Origin: Gammaproteobacteria bacterium
Lineage (GTDB): Bacteria; Pseudomonadota; Gammaproteobacteria; SZUA-140
Length of the DNA: 64,000 nt
Reading direction: 5' to 3'
Assembly (NCBI GenBank): GCA_034002745.1
Contig: JAVEZY010000006.1
Location: 12,667-76,666 of the forward strand
In this document: piece by piece, positions 1-9,323 of the stretch
How positions within the stretch are numbered: the first letter of the stretch is position 1
Layout: each line of letters starts with the position of its first letter
Position numbers and translations under genes: made by a program
The notes under the pieces: model-generated
The model's input: the letters and a program-made list of their open reading frames with translations, nothing else
Told to the model about the DNA's origin: nothing
Databases searched by the model: none

Positions 1-303
1 GAACGCGAGCAAGTGCTCGCCGCGAGCGGCTGGAGCGCGGAACGCGAGACCCCGGCGGAATGGATCGAGCGCCAGGATCACCCCGACCGGGATACCGTGC
101 TCGCCCGCTGGCAGCGCCTGCTCGCAATTGCGGAGGATTGCGGCCGGCGCAACCTGATCAACGGCGCCCTCATCCAGGCCGGCCTCCGCCACAGCCGGCA
201 ACTGCTCGACCTGCTGAGCGGCCGCCCGCCCGAAGAAACCACCTCCTCCTACGGCCCCGCGCCCACCCGCGCCGCCGCGGGCCACAGCCTCGGCAAGGCC
301 TGA
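1..303 (+). CDS. flgN: FlgN-family flagellar export chaperone, 5' truncated by the window edge
   Basis: Frame is open from base 1. The C-terminal pattern RWQRLLAIAEDCGRRNLINGALIQAGLRHSRQLLDLLSG...SYG resembles FlgN (NxxNGxLI ... Y). Confidence 0.7.
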   Translation, partial: EREQVLAASGWSAERETPAEWIERQDHPDRDTVLARWQRLLAIAEDCGRRNLINGALIQAGLRHSRQLLDLLSGRPPEETTSSYGPAPTRAAAGHSLGKA

Positions 304-390
304 AGCGCAGGTCTCAACGGAGTTTGGCAAGCCGCGGCGAACGGTGCTAGAATTCCGCGTCCCCGAACGACCGGGGACAATGACCATCAT

Positions 391-466
<76 letters not shown>

Positions 467-511
467 ATCAGTCATCCCAAGCAGTCCCAAAGCATCCGGC
501 ATTAAAAAGAA

Positions 512-643
512 AATCAGCAAGTTAACGCTGATCCTCGCCCCCATGCGTCCTGCCTCATCCTTTGATAGCCAGCGTTTCATGGGGGCATGGCTGGCAGCAT
601 CCCCGGTTCCCGGAAAATGGATGCCCCCAAAATGCCTTTGGCC
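512..643 (+). mobile_element. Vestigial att/integrase leader of a tRNA-targeting integrative element
   Basis: IHF-like AATCAGCAAGTTA at 512-524 (one mismatch to WATCAANNNNTTR). GCCCCCA motif three times (537-543 +, 580-588 -, 621-629 +), including a perfect 9-bp inverted pair TGGGGGCAT/ATGCCCCCA. ATG CCT TTG (MPL) at 632 resembles the start of P4-like integrases. Confidence 0.5.
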
Positions 644-818
644 CGACACCACCCCAATTTGAGTAACGGTTCTGATTGGAGTCCGCCGCTACCGCAGCCG
701 ATTTTCCCGCCAGCCTCCCCGCATACTGGACTGGCGTCAGCCCGCACAGCGCCTTCTTCGGTCGCTCCTCGCTGTACTCCAAGGCACGCAATCAGCGTCC
801 GCGCGTGAGCAAGTTCTT
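644..818 (-). pseudogene. Degraded 3' end of an IS3-family transposase (OrfB C-terminus) with a probable terminal repeat
   Basis: The minus strand reads LAHARTLIA, then after a frameshift EYSEERPKKALCGLTPVQYAGRLA. This matches the IS3 OrfB tail (…WRxEYNEERPxxxLGxLTP..YA). The rest of the transposase is absent. Confidence 0.7.
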
Positions 819-838
819 AATGTAATGACCCACGAAGA

Positions 839-865
839 GGTCAGACCCCGCTTCGGGGTCTGACC
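839..865. repeat. REP-like hairpin GGTCAGACCCCG-CTT-CGGGGTCTGACC, probably also the terminator of the ferritin-like operon
   Basis: Perfect 12-bp stem. The same GGGGTCAGACCCC motif recurs at 17848, 17931, 17957 and 25791. Confidence 0.75.
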
Positions 866-887
866 CTGTGCGCAGCAGCACCCGCCC

Positions 888-1619
888 TCAGCTTATCCCC
901 ACCTGCCCTTCGATGGTGTTCTGCAGCCAGGATCGCACCATGCGCAGATGATCGTTCTCCTGTGACAGCGCGTGGCGGAACTGCTCGGCCATGCTGTCGT
1001 GGCCGAGCCGGTCGGCCAGCGAGGCGAGCATCTCCCAGGCGTCGTTGTCGACGAGTTCGACCATGTGAATTGCATGCAGACATTCGGTGAGGGTACTGCG
1101 CGGATCGCTCAGCAGCTGCATCACGCCGGTACTGGCGACGGCATCGGCATCGGCAGTGGGCGAGATGGCGGTAGGGTCGGCGCCGAGGGTTTTCATGCAC
1201 TCCATCAGCAGGCCGAAGTGCTCCAGCTCTTCATCATGGATGTGCAGGATCTCGTCCCTGGTGGGACCACCGGGCTGAGCGTCCGAAGCATCGTATTTCA
1301 CCAGCAGAGCTTCATAGAGACGCGTGCCGGTGCGCTCGAAGGCGAGCCGGTCGGCGATCAGATCGAGAAAGACCGCAGGCGATTTCCCCTTCAATTTCTG
1401 CATTCCGGACTTCATCTTTCCCTTCACCGAGGGCGGCGGCGGCATGGTGCCAAAAGGCTCCGCACCCCTGGAGTAGAGGCTGCGTATTGCCTCCATCGCC
1501 GTCAGGTCGAAGCCTGTCTCCACCGGCGACATCGTCGCGCCTTCCATCATTTCCTTGGCCAGTTCCGGCGACGCATCGGCTCCGGTGCGATTTCCACCTA
1601 CATCGAGCGGCGATTTCAT
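888..1619 (-). CDS. Ferritin-like domain protein
   Basis: Diiron-type motifs AFERTG..LYE, DEELEHF, VELVD, QENDHL. The start at 1619 overlaps the upstream stop (ATGA). Confidence 0.8.
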   Translation of the reverse strand: MKSPLDVGGNRTGADASPELAKEMMEGATMSPVETGFDLTAMEAIRSLYSRGAEPFGTMPPPPSVKGKMKSGMQKLKGKSPAVFLDLIADRLAFERTGTRLYEALLVKYDASDAQPGGPTRDEILHIHDEELEHFGLLMECMKTLGADPTAISPTADADAVASTGVMQLLSDPRSTLTECLHAIHMVELVDNDAWEMLASLADRLGHDSMAEQFRHALSQENDHLRMVRSWLQNTIEGQVGIS

Positions 1620-2797
1620 GAGCTCTTCCTCATCTGGACGACATTGGCTAGTTCGGTTCCGGGTTCCCAACGGTACCCCGACGCAACCGCCTCCGACGGC
1701 GACCCTTCGGAATTGAGCTGGTCGCGCACCGCCAGAGAGCGGCCATGCTCCTGGTCGAGCGGCACGATCTCCGTGCCATTGGCGCGCAAGTCGACTTCGT
1801 TCGCGAGCACTTCGCGCACGAACTCCCGGTGACTGTGAAAGCCGATCGGATCGGGCAGCGTCTCCGGCAACAGTTCCGCCGCCTCGCGGCCCTGATACTT
1901 CTCCAGCAGGCGCGCCACGTGATGCATCTGTCCGAGCTCATAATCCAGAAAGCGCTCCCATACCGCCTTGATGCGCGGATTGCCTTCCTGCTGCATGCAG
2001 CTCCAGTAGTTGTAGACTTCATTTGCCTCGTGGAGCAGCCACTTCTCCAGCACGGATTCCTCGGGGTCGATCAGCGATCCATACTGCGTGACATGCTGCT
2101 CCTCGATGGCCGCGATCTCCGCATAGAGTTGTCTCGCCACCGGGTCGGCATATATCGGCGCGATATTCATGTAGTAGTCACGCGTCTGGTGCTCGGCCGA
2201 CAGGATGGTCAGCGCATTGAGCTTGCTGATCGGACTTGCCGTCTCGCGCTCGTACGGGCGACGCAGATCATCGAGCGGATGACGATGCTCGACCGCGGTC
2301 GCCCGCCCGGGAGTGATGTCCGTATAGCTCTGCAGGATGTTGTTCGGATCCTTTCCTTCCAGCCGATCGAGCAACGCCGAGAATCGATACAGATGGTCGA
2401 AATCCTCGAGCATGCCGAAGCGGTAGACCTGCGCCAGATACGGATCCGGTTCATGCTGCGCGACGCTCGCGGTGACCTCGATGGCCACCTGCTCGTAGCC
2501 TATCGTCGTTTCGAGTGGCGTCTGATCGGCAGGATTCATCCAATTGACCATCACCTGCTGCATGTGATCGATGCGCCGCGTCATGGCCAACTGCTGACGC
2601 AGCTCACCATTCACCATGCTCGCGGCGCCATGACTGAACCGGATGGTCCCCGCCTCGATGCCGTTCATGAAGATGACCCGTACGCGGGTGAATGCATCGT
2701 CGTCGAGCTTGCTATATGGGTGCGGCGCCAGCTCGCGCCAGGTGAATACCTGTTTTTCCAGGGGAGTTCCCTTCTCGTGCAGAAGATCGAGAGCCAT
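1616..2797 (-). CDS. Uncharacterised protein with probable tandem ferritin-like four-helix bundles
   Basis: 393 aa. Repeated E…ExxH-like motifs (GYEQVA, LEDFDHLY, AEHQT, IEEQHVTQY, EANEVY, YELGQMH). Translationally coupled to the next ferritin-like gene. Confidence 0.7.
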   Translation of the reverse strand: MALDLLHEKGTPLEKQVFTWRELAPHPYSKLDDDAFTRVRVIFMNGIEAGTIRFSHGAASMVNGELRQQLAMTRRIDHMQQVMVNWMNPADQTPLETTIGYEQVAIEVTASVAQHEPDPYLAQVYRFGMLEDFDHLYRFSALLDRLEGKDPNNILQSYTDITPGRATAVEHRHPLDDLRRPYERETASPISKLNALTILSAEHQTRDYYMNIAPIYADPVARQLYAEIAAIEEQHVTQYGSLIDPEESVLEKWLLHEANEVYNYWSCMQQEGNPRIKAVWERFLDYELGQMHHVARLLEKYQGREAAELLPETLPDPIGFHSHREFVREVLANEVDLRANGTEIVPLDQEHGRSLAVRDQLNSEGSPSEAVASGYRWEPGTELANVVQMRKSS

Positions 2798-2970
2798 TGA
2801 TCATCTCCTAGGGCCGGGAGCGTCGGATGACGCTCTCCACGCCGATGCACGAAGCCGGCCATTCGGAAATGCCAGATAAAACAGGCGTGTCAACGAATCG
2901 AATGCGGGTGGAGAAACCAGCAAAGGGTCAGGTCACCAGCCGCTGCGGCACAGGGCCCACCGGCGGGTGT

Positions 2971-3423
2971 TCAGGCAGGTGGAGACGGACGGCTGGGCGA
3001 ATGATTGACCGAAAGCCAGTACTCGCCGAGCTCGCCGATGGTCTTGGCGAAGCAGGAGAAGGAAACCGGTTTGCTGACGAAACTGTTGGCGCCCGAACAG
3101 TAGCTGCGGGTAATGTCCTCATCCTCGCTGGATGAGCTGAAAACCACCACCGGAATCCGCCGTGTACGCTCGTCCGCGCGCAGGCGCCTGAGCACATCGA
3201 TGCCATTGAGCTTGGGGAGTTTGAGATCGAGGAGGATCAGATCGGGCTGCCGGCTTCCATCCCGGTCCCGCCAGACGCCTTCGCAGAACAGGTACTCGAG
3301 TGCTTCCTTGCCATCGCGAGCGACCTCGATCCGGTCTGCGATCTGAGCGCGGCGCAGTGCCCTCAGCGCGAGTTCCTCGTCCTCTTCATTGTCCTCGACC
3401 AACAGTATGAGCTTGTCCGGCAT
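2971..3423 (-). CDS. Single-domain response regulator (Rcp1-like receiver)
   Basis: From MPDKLILLVEDNEEDEEL: LLDLKLPKLNG (phospho-Asp), PVVVFSSS, ANSFVSKP. Confidence 0.9.
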   Translation of the reverse strand: MPDKLILLVEDNEEDEELALRALRRAQIADRIEVARDGKEALEYLFCEGVWRDRDGSRQPDLILLDLKLPKLNGIDVLRRLRADERTRRIPVVVFSSSSEDEDITRSYCSGANSFVSKPVSFSCFAKTIGELGEYWLSVNHSPSRPSPPA

Positions 3424-3436
3424 GGTGGGTCCTCCG

Positions 3437-5056
3437 TCAGACCGGCGGCAACTTCCGGCCGGCCTGTGGTTCATCGCCACTGCCCGGCATGCTGTCACCG
3501 TGTTCATGCTCCATGCCGCCATCGGTGCCGTCGTCGCCAGCGTTCGAGGCAGAGTCCGGTCGGAGCGTGAAATAGAACACTGCGCCGCGTCCCGGCGCCG
3601 CATTCGCCCAGACCCTTCCGCCGTGCCGGCGGATGACGCGCTGCACCGTGGCCAGCCCTATGCCAATCCCGGGGAACTCATTCTGGCCATGCAGGCGCTG
3701 AAACACGCCGAACAGCTTATCGGAGTATGCCATATCAAAGCCGACGCCGTTGTCCCTGACGAAATATACCGATCTTCCCTCCTCCTCGAGGTTCCCGACC
3801 TCAATGGTCGGCTTCTCCGTGTGAGCGGTAAACTTCCAGGCATTGCTCAACAGATTCACCATCACCACCCGGATCAGGTGCGGATCGCCTTTGGCGGTCA
3901 TGCCGCCCCAGATCACGACATGCACCTTGCGCTCGGGATCGCGCTGCTGCTGTTCGTTGATGATCTCGCCCGCCATCGCACTCAGATCCACCGTGTCGTA
4001 GCGCATCTGCGCGCGCGACAGCCGCGACAGGTTGAGCAGTTCCTCGATCAGCTGTCCCATCCGCCGGGTCGAAGTCCGGATCTTGTCCAGATAACGTCCG
4101 GCATCATCCGGAAGCTCCTCGCCGAGTTCCTCGGCAAGCGCCTCGCCATAGCCGTCTATCGACCTGAGCGGCGCCCGCAGATCGTGTGATACCGAGTATG
4201 CGAAAGCCTCGAGTTCGGCGTTCGCCTGTTCGAGCTCCCGCGTCCGCTTTCGCACCCTGCTGTCCAGTTCACGGTTGAGCCGCCATACTTCGGCCTCCAC
4301 GCGGCGACGTTCAGCGACCTCGTTCTGCAGATCGCGGTTGAATCGTTCCAGTTCTCCCGCGCGCGCCTCGATCTCGGCCAGCATGGCATTGAAGGAATCG
4401 GCGAGATCGCCGACCTCGTCATCGCTGAGCTTCTCCGCCCGCAGGGAATAGTCCCGGTTGCTGACGATCCGCCGAGCGGTGGTCGATATTCCCACGACGG
4501 GCTTGATCAGGAACCGCTGCAACCAGCCGCTCATCAATGTCGCCAGCACCAGCGCCGCAAGAATGATCAGCCCGATGACACCAGCTCCCTGAAGCAGTCG
4601 TTCGTTGATTGGATACGCGATCCGGGCATAGATCGTGCCGGCGATCTGATCCTCGAACAGAATGCGGTGAAAGGCGAACATGTTTCCACCCTCCATCCAC
4701 ACTCCTTCGTTCCCCGGAAAGCGGGGAAAGTCTCCCTCCAGTCCATGACGTACGTAGGTGGCAAAGATCTGACCGCGCGAATTGTAGATGGCAGCGGCTT
4801 CGAAGGAAGGTCGGATATCGAGCAAGGTGAGGTTCTCCGCCGCGACCTGGGGATCGCCGAACTGCAGGGCGGGTGCCGAGGCACGTCCGATCAGGGCGAT
4901 CTGCGTCTGTATGTCGCGAACGGCAACGCCATGATAATCGCGCATGTCTATGTAAAGCAGAGCGGAGCCGGCAAGCAGTAGTGCCACGGCCGTGGTCGAC
5001 AACATGACCATCAGCAGCTTGAGACGGAAGGATCTCATGATGCGTCGAAATGTCAT
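3437..5056 (-). CDS. Membrane sensor histidine kinase (CHASE8-like periplasmic domain, HAMP, HisKA, HATPase)
   Basis: Two TM segments around a YfiN-like sensor (APALQFGDPQVAAENL). HAMP DEVGDLADSFNAML, H-box SVSHDLRAPL, N-box NLLSNAWKF, G-boxes DNGVGF and GIGIGLA. Confidence 0.9.
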   Translation of the reverse strand: MTFRRIMRSFRLKLLMVMLSTTAVALLLAGSALLYIDMRDYHGVAVRDIQTQIALIGRASAPALQFGDPQVAAENLTLLDIRPSFEAAAIYNSRGQIFATYVRHGLEGDFPRFPGNEGVWMEGGNMFAFHRILFEDQIAGTIYARIAYPINERLLQGAGVIGLIILAALVLATLMSGWLQRFLIKPVVGISTTARRIVSNRDYSLRAEKLSDDEVGDLADSFNAMLAEIEARAGELERFNRDLQNEVAERRRVEAEVWRLNRELDSRVRKRTRELEQANAELEAFAYSVSHDLRAPLRSIDGYGEALAEELGEELPDDAGRYLDKIRTSTRRMGQLIEELLNLSRLSRAQMRYDTVDLSAMAGEIINEQQQRDPERKVHVVIWGGMTAKGDPHLIRVVMVNLLSNAWKFTAHTEKPTIEVGNLEEEGRSVYFVRDNGVGFDMAYSDKLFGVFQRLHGQNEFPGIGIGLATVQRVIRRHGGRVWANAAPGRGAVFYFTLRPDSASNAGDDGTDGGMEHEHGDSMPGSGDEPQAGRKLPPV

Positions 5057-5730
5057 CTGTCCGCCTCCTCGATGTGGCGGGCGACACTCAGCAGACGCGC
5101 ACTCACCCGCAGATCGCTCGCTTCCGCGAGCGGCAGCGAGACGTCGAAGCGGACCCGGTCCTGATCGAGCACGAAAGTGATGATGGCAGTGCCTGCGTAT
5201 ACGCTGTCGGTGATGGTCAGAACGGAGCGCGCGCGCACCGAACCGAGGAGAGCGGATGCCGCCTCCGGATCGACTGCTTCCGTCACGTACAGCATATCCA
5301 CATCGGCGACATCGTCGACGCTGCGCACGCGCTTCACGGACAGCGGGCGATTACGGATCGTGCGAGTACGTACGATTTCCATCAGCGGCCCGATCACATC
5401 TGCATCGGTGACACCGATGACGAGTGGATCGTCCGCGGCGATGAAGGTGCCCGGCGGCCAATCGACATACGCGCCGAAGTGATAGAGAAAGGCGGCCTTG
5501 ATCTCAGCCTCGAGACGACCTTCCGGTTGCGCCGCCACCTGCGTGACGACCGAGGATGCGATGAGCGGCGAGACAGCTGAGAAAATGAAAAAGAAGGAAA
5601 GTGCCAACAAGGCGGGGAAACGGACGCCGCGGACCCTGTCGCCGTCCTGGCGAACGAAGACAAAGCAATATCCGGATGCCTTGGTCTTCTCCGACACGTG
5701 CTCTCCCGGCTGTGCCAGGCCGCAGATCAC
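5053..5730 (-). CDS. YfiR-family (DUF4154) periplasmic protein; true start uncertain
   Basis: EIKAAFLYHFGAYVDWP, ITFVLDQDRVRFDVSL, LRVSARLLSVA are YfiR hallmarks. It has a hydrophobic signal region and its stop overlaps the kinase ATG. Confidence 0.88.
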   Translation of the reverse strand: MICGLAQPGEHVSEKTKASGYCFVFVRQDGDRVRGVRFPALLALSFFFIFSAVSPLIASSVVTQVAAQPEGRLEAEIKAAFLYHFGAYVDWPPGTFIAADDPLVIGVTDADVIGPLMEIVRTRTIRNRPLSVKRVRSVDDVADVDMLYVTEAVDPEAASALLGSVRARSVLTITDSVYAGTAIITFVLDQDRVRFDVSLPLAEASDLRVSARLLSVARHIEEADR

Positions 5731-5861
5731 GGATGCGAAATGCGGATGACGATCGCGCCGATGGGATGGGCGCGGGCCCGCTCTTTACACGATATACGGT
5801 GCGTGTGAGTATAGCCCATCTGTCCGATGGAACGGTATCACATGGAGCCGGTCCGATCGCA

Positions 5862-7787
5862 ATGCCCGTATCCATGAGCAATCGTCTGCGACGTGCGTGC
5901 GCGAAAGCGCGGCCTCGGCCTCTCGGTTTCGGCTTCTGCCTGCCCCTGCTCGTCGTCTGCACGGAAGCGCCGGCTCGCGTGGCCGACCTCGTCGATCTCA
6001 GCATCGAAGAGCTGACGCAGGTACCCATCACCTCGGTATCGCGGCGTCCCGAGCCACTGGCGACTGCAGCCTCGGCAATCCAGATCATCACCGGCGAGGA
6101 AGTGAGGCGTTCGGGCGCAAGCGTGCTGCCCGAGGCACTGCGCCTCGCCCCCAACCTGCAGGTGAAGCAGATCACCTCCAACGACTGGTCCGTCACATCG
6201 CGCGGCTTCATCAGCCTGAGAACCGAAGCCGGCACACTCTCCAACAAACTGCTGGTCATGATCGATGGGCAAGCCATCTATACGCCCGTATTCGGCGGCG
6301 TATATTGGGAATCCCACAACATACTGCTCGATGACATCGACCGCATCGAGGTGGTGAGCGGTCCGGGCGGAACGCTGTGGGGAGCTAATGCCGTCAACGG
6401 CGTGATCAACATCATCCGCCGCTCCGCATCGCACACGCAGGGCTGGTACGGCAACCTGACCACGGGCGCACTGCTGGATGATTATTCACTGCGCTATGGC
6501 GGCAGAATCGGTGATCGCGGTCATTTCCGCGTCTATGGTCAGCAACTGAAACGTTACGCGATTGTCGCCGATGGCAGCGATGAATGGCAGACTCATCAGG
6601 GTGGCTTCCGCGTCGATCTCGATCTTTCGTCGCGCGACAGGCTGACCGTGCAGGGCGACATGCAGTCGGGCGAGGAAGGGCGGGAAACAGAGTTCGGCAT
6701 CAACAGCCGCAACCTGATGGCGATCTGGGAGCACCAGCAGAGCGAGGATTCCCAGTGGCGGCTGGCCACATACGTCAACGGGCGATGGCGGGCGCTTTCC
6801 AGCGTGGATCTCAAGGAAGACGTTTTCGACATCGACCTGCAGCATCGCTTCCGCACCAGCGCGGCAACCAACATTGTCTGGGGCGCCAGCTATCGCTCGT
6901 ATGAGGACCAAACGACGCCGCGCTCGGAAGAGGTACGGTTCATTCCGGACAGCCGCCGCCTGCTTACCAGCAATGCCTTCGTGCAGGGAGAGATCATCGC
7001 GATTCCCGATCGCCTCATGCTGACGCTCGGCACCAAATTCTCCGACAGCGAGTACAGCGGCTTCGAGATTCAGCCGAGTGTGCGCCTGGCCTGGCGGGCG
7101 ACCGAGAGCGGCACCCTGTGGTCCGCGATTTCGCGCGCCGTGCGCACGCCAACCCGTCTCGATCGGGATTTCCTCACCGAAGGGCTGGCTGGCAATCCCG
7201 GATTCGACAGCGAGAAGGTCATCGCCTACGAGGCCGGCTACCGCTGGCAACCCTCACCCAGGGCGTCCCTGTCGATCGCCGCCTACTACAACCGCTACCA
7301 GGATCTGCGCAGCTTCAGCGCCAATTCCGATCCACCGCCGGCGCTCATCCTTGGCAACGATTTCGAGGTGGACAGCTGGGGGGCGGAGCTGTTCGGCATG
7401 TTCGCGATCACCGAGCGCTGGCGCCTGAGGGCCTTCTACTCCCATCTGGATGCCCATTTCGAAGCGACCAGCCCCGCCGCGGTGAGCGATCCGGTTTCAG
7501 CCGAGAACCGGGATTCCAGCTATGTGCTGGGGCTGCATTCGATGATGGACCTGGGTCGAGGTTTTCAGCTGGACATCTTCATGCGCCGGATCGGCGCCAC
7601 GGGAGCCAACGATATCCCTCCGGACCCCGGCGTCCCCGCGCACAACAATCTCGACGCCCGCCTGGCCTGGCAGAACAGGAACTGGGAGGTGGCCCTGATA
7701 GGCCAGAACCTGAACGGCGCGCAGATCGAAATCAACCCTGAGGCGATTCCGCGCTATGTCTTCCTGCGGACGCGGTTCTGGTATTAG
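5862..7787 (+). CDS. TonB-dependent outer-membrane receptor of the type usually linked to YfiR/CHASE8 genes
   Basis: DLSIEELTQVPITSVSRR N-terminus. Plug motifs NKLLVMIDG and DIDRIEVVSGPGGTLWGANAVNGVINII. C-terminal aromatic beta-strand RTRFWY. Confidence 0.92.
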   Translation: MPVSMSNRLRRACAKARPRPLGFGFCLPLLVVCTEAPARVADLVDLSIEELTQVPITSVSRRPEPLATAASAIQIITGEEVRRSGASVLPEALRLAPNLQVKQITSNDWSVTSRGFISLRTEAGTLSNKLLVMIDGQAIYTPVFGGVYWESHNILLDDIDRIEVVSGPGGTLWGANAVNGVINIIRRSASHTQGWYGNLTTGALLDDYSLRYGGRIGDRGHFRVYGQQLKRYAIVADGSDEWQTHQGGFRVDLDLSSRDRLTVQGDMQSGEEGRETEFGINSRNLMAIWEHQQSEDSQWRLATYVNGRWRALSSVDLKEDVFDIDLQHRFRTSAATNIVWGASYRSYEDQTTPRSEEVRFIPDSRRLLTSNAFVQGEIIAIPDRLMLTLGTKFSDSEYSGFEIQPSVRLAWRATESGTLWSAISRAVRTPTRLDRDFLTEGLAGNPGFDSEKVIAYEAGYRWQPSPRASLSIAAYYNRYQDLRSFSANSDPPPALILGNDFEVDSWGAELFGMFAITERWRLRAFYSHLDAHFEATSPAAVSDPVSAENRDSSYVLGLHSMMDLGRGFQLDIFMRRIGATGANDIPPDPGVPAHNNLDARLAWQNRNWEVALIGQNLNGAQIEINPEAIPRYVFLRTRFWY

Positions 7788-7803
7788 CGGTAAGCATGGA
7801 ACC

Positions 7804-7867
7804 GGAGACAGACGGGTTTCCGACGCACCGGCTGGCCTGACTCGCGGCGGCAAACGTGTCCGTCCCC
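7804..7867. repeat. Imperfect inverted repeat (GGAGACAGACGGGTTT / AAACGTGTCCGTCCCC) between convergent genes
   Basis: Arms 7804-7819 and 7852-7867 match at 12 of 16 positions. The GGGGAC-type core is related to the other REP-like motifs. Confidence 0.5.
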
Positions 7868-7878
7868 GATTCTCCGCC

Positions 7879-9135
7879 TCAGCCCGGCAGCCACACCCGC
7901 GAGTGTGACATGCACTCGCCGACCGGAACGGTTTCCAGGATCTCGTCGCGATCGCCGTCGATGATGACGATTGCGCCAGCCTCGCCATTGGAGGAATAAA
8001 GCCGCAGGCCCCGATCCGTCCTGGCGACGGCCAGCGAGCCCGAGGCCGCGCCCAGCCGCAGCTCCCGCCGCAGCACCAGCCGTGGCAATGTGGTGAGGTC
8101 GACGATCAGCAGCGCATCGGACTTGAGATTGGCCTGCTGCTCCGGGCTGCCCGAACTGCCGGTGGTCATGAACAGCCGGGTGCCATCGGGATCGAAGTAG
8201 TACTTGCTGACATAGATGTCCGGCAGCGTCAGGCGATCGGCCACCGTCATGGTCTCCAGATCGAGCACGGTGAGATGGGCCATGACATGGGCGGGGTCCG
8301 ACTTGCGGTCAGCGCCGCGGCCGATGATGTAGCGCCCGCCCGGCACCATGAACAGGTTGCTGTGGCCCTTGAACGGTATGCGGTCCTCGATGCGGCAGCT
8401 GCGGGGATCGATTACCGCGATATTGCCGTAGCCGTTGTTGAGGTTGTACAGCTTGCCGGTCAGCGGGGAGAACACCAGCCCGTGCGGGAAAGCGTTGTTG
8501 GGGATTCCGCCGCGTCCACCCTCTTCGCGCTCGGGCTCGGACAGATCGATGGTGTCCAGCAAGCGCAGGAAATCGTCGCCCTCGGCGGGATCGTTGCCGA
8601 GCACCGATATCGAGCCATCCTTGAGGTTGCTGATCCAGGCGCGGCGCGGCACCTCGGGGGCGCTCGCCGTGGGCCGGGAAAAGCAGGCCTGATGATGACC
8701 ACGGCCGACGCAGATGGTCTTCAGGAAGCGGGCGCGCACACTGTCCACGTCCTCGATCACGGTCACCGAAGAGCCGCCATCGCCGCAGTTGAGGCGATCG
8801 TTGCCGGTCTCCTTGTCGCCGTCGTTCATGAACCAGCGACGCCTGGATTCCGGATCCTCGTAGATGTGAGCGGGAAAGGCATCGGCCGGGAAACCTTCCT
8901 GGGCACGGATTTCCTTGCTCTCCGGATCCAGCAGGATGACTTTCCGCTCCGGCGCATCCAGCCCGATGAAGACCGGCCGGAGTTCGGGCGGAAGGCCAGT
9001 TTCGGGCAGTGGGGGAATCGGCTCGATCCGCGTTTCGCCACCCTGGCGGCGAACCATCGCCAGACTGCCGGTCCGGCGATCGCCGGAATAATACGCCACA
9101 ACAAAATCGCCAGTTTCGTCAGAACGTTGTGTCAT
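7879..9135 (-). CDS. YncE/YVTN-like beta-propeller protein, no obvious signal peptide
   Basis: Repeated blade-like segments (GSSVTVIE, ICVGRGHH, DGSISVLG, FPHGLVFSP, GNIAVIDP, LTVLDLET, GAIVIIDG). Confidence 0.65.
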   Translation of the reverse strand: MTQRSDETGDFVVAYYSGDRRTGSLAMVRRQGGETRIEPIPPLPETGLPPELRPVFIGLDAPERKVILLDPESKEIRAQEGFPADAFPAHIYEDPESRRRWFMNDGDKETGNDRLNCGDGGSSVTVIEDVDSVRARFLKTICVGRGHHQACFSRPTASAPEVPRRAWISNLKDGSISVLGNDPAEGDDFLRLLDTIDLSEPEREEGGRGGIPNNAFPHGLVFSPLTGKLYNLNNGYGNIAVIDPRSCRIEDRIPFKGHSNLFMVPGGRYIIGRGADRKSDPAHVMAHLTVLDLETMTVADRLTLPDIYVSKYYFDPDGTRLFMTTGSSGSPEQQANLKSDALLIVDLTTLPRLVLRRELRLGAASGSLAVARTDRGLRLYSSNGEAGAIVIIDGDRDEILETVPVGECMSHSRVWLPG

Positions 9136-9323
9136 ATCTTTTATACCTTGCCCGAAGTTATTCTGAGAGATGTACCGGGGAAATCCTCACCGCGGAACAG
9201 GCCCTGGTCTCGATGGGCGCAGAGTCCGGAGATCGACCCTTCTGCTGCCTGATGCGGCCCAGGCGACAGTTCACTTTCCGCATGAGAAGACAGATGTCTG
9301 ACCCAGCGAAATCAGCAACTTGC

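Noticed and set aside
888-2797. Encapsulin cargo proteins
   Set aside because: No encapsulin shell gene in the window and no recognisable cargo-loading peptide at either C-terminus.
1745-2800. Long antisense ORFs (also 9526-11388, 39930-41162, 42429-44147, 47577-48941, 60038-61240)
   Set aside because: They are shadows of well-supported genes on the opposite strand, expected at this GC content, and have no recognisable motifs.
9136-9323. Riboswitch upstream of the beta-propeller gene
   Set aside because: No match by eye to TPP, cobalamin, FMN, SAM or c-di-GMP cores. Only an IHF-like 13-mer near 9311 was seen, which is not enough to call.
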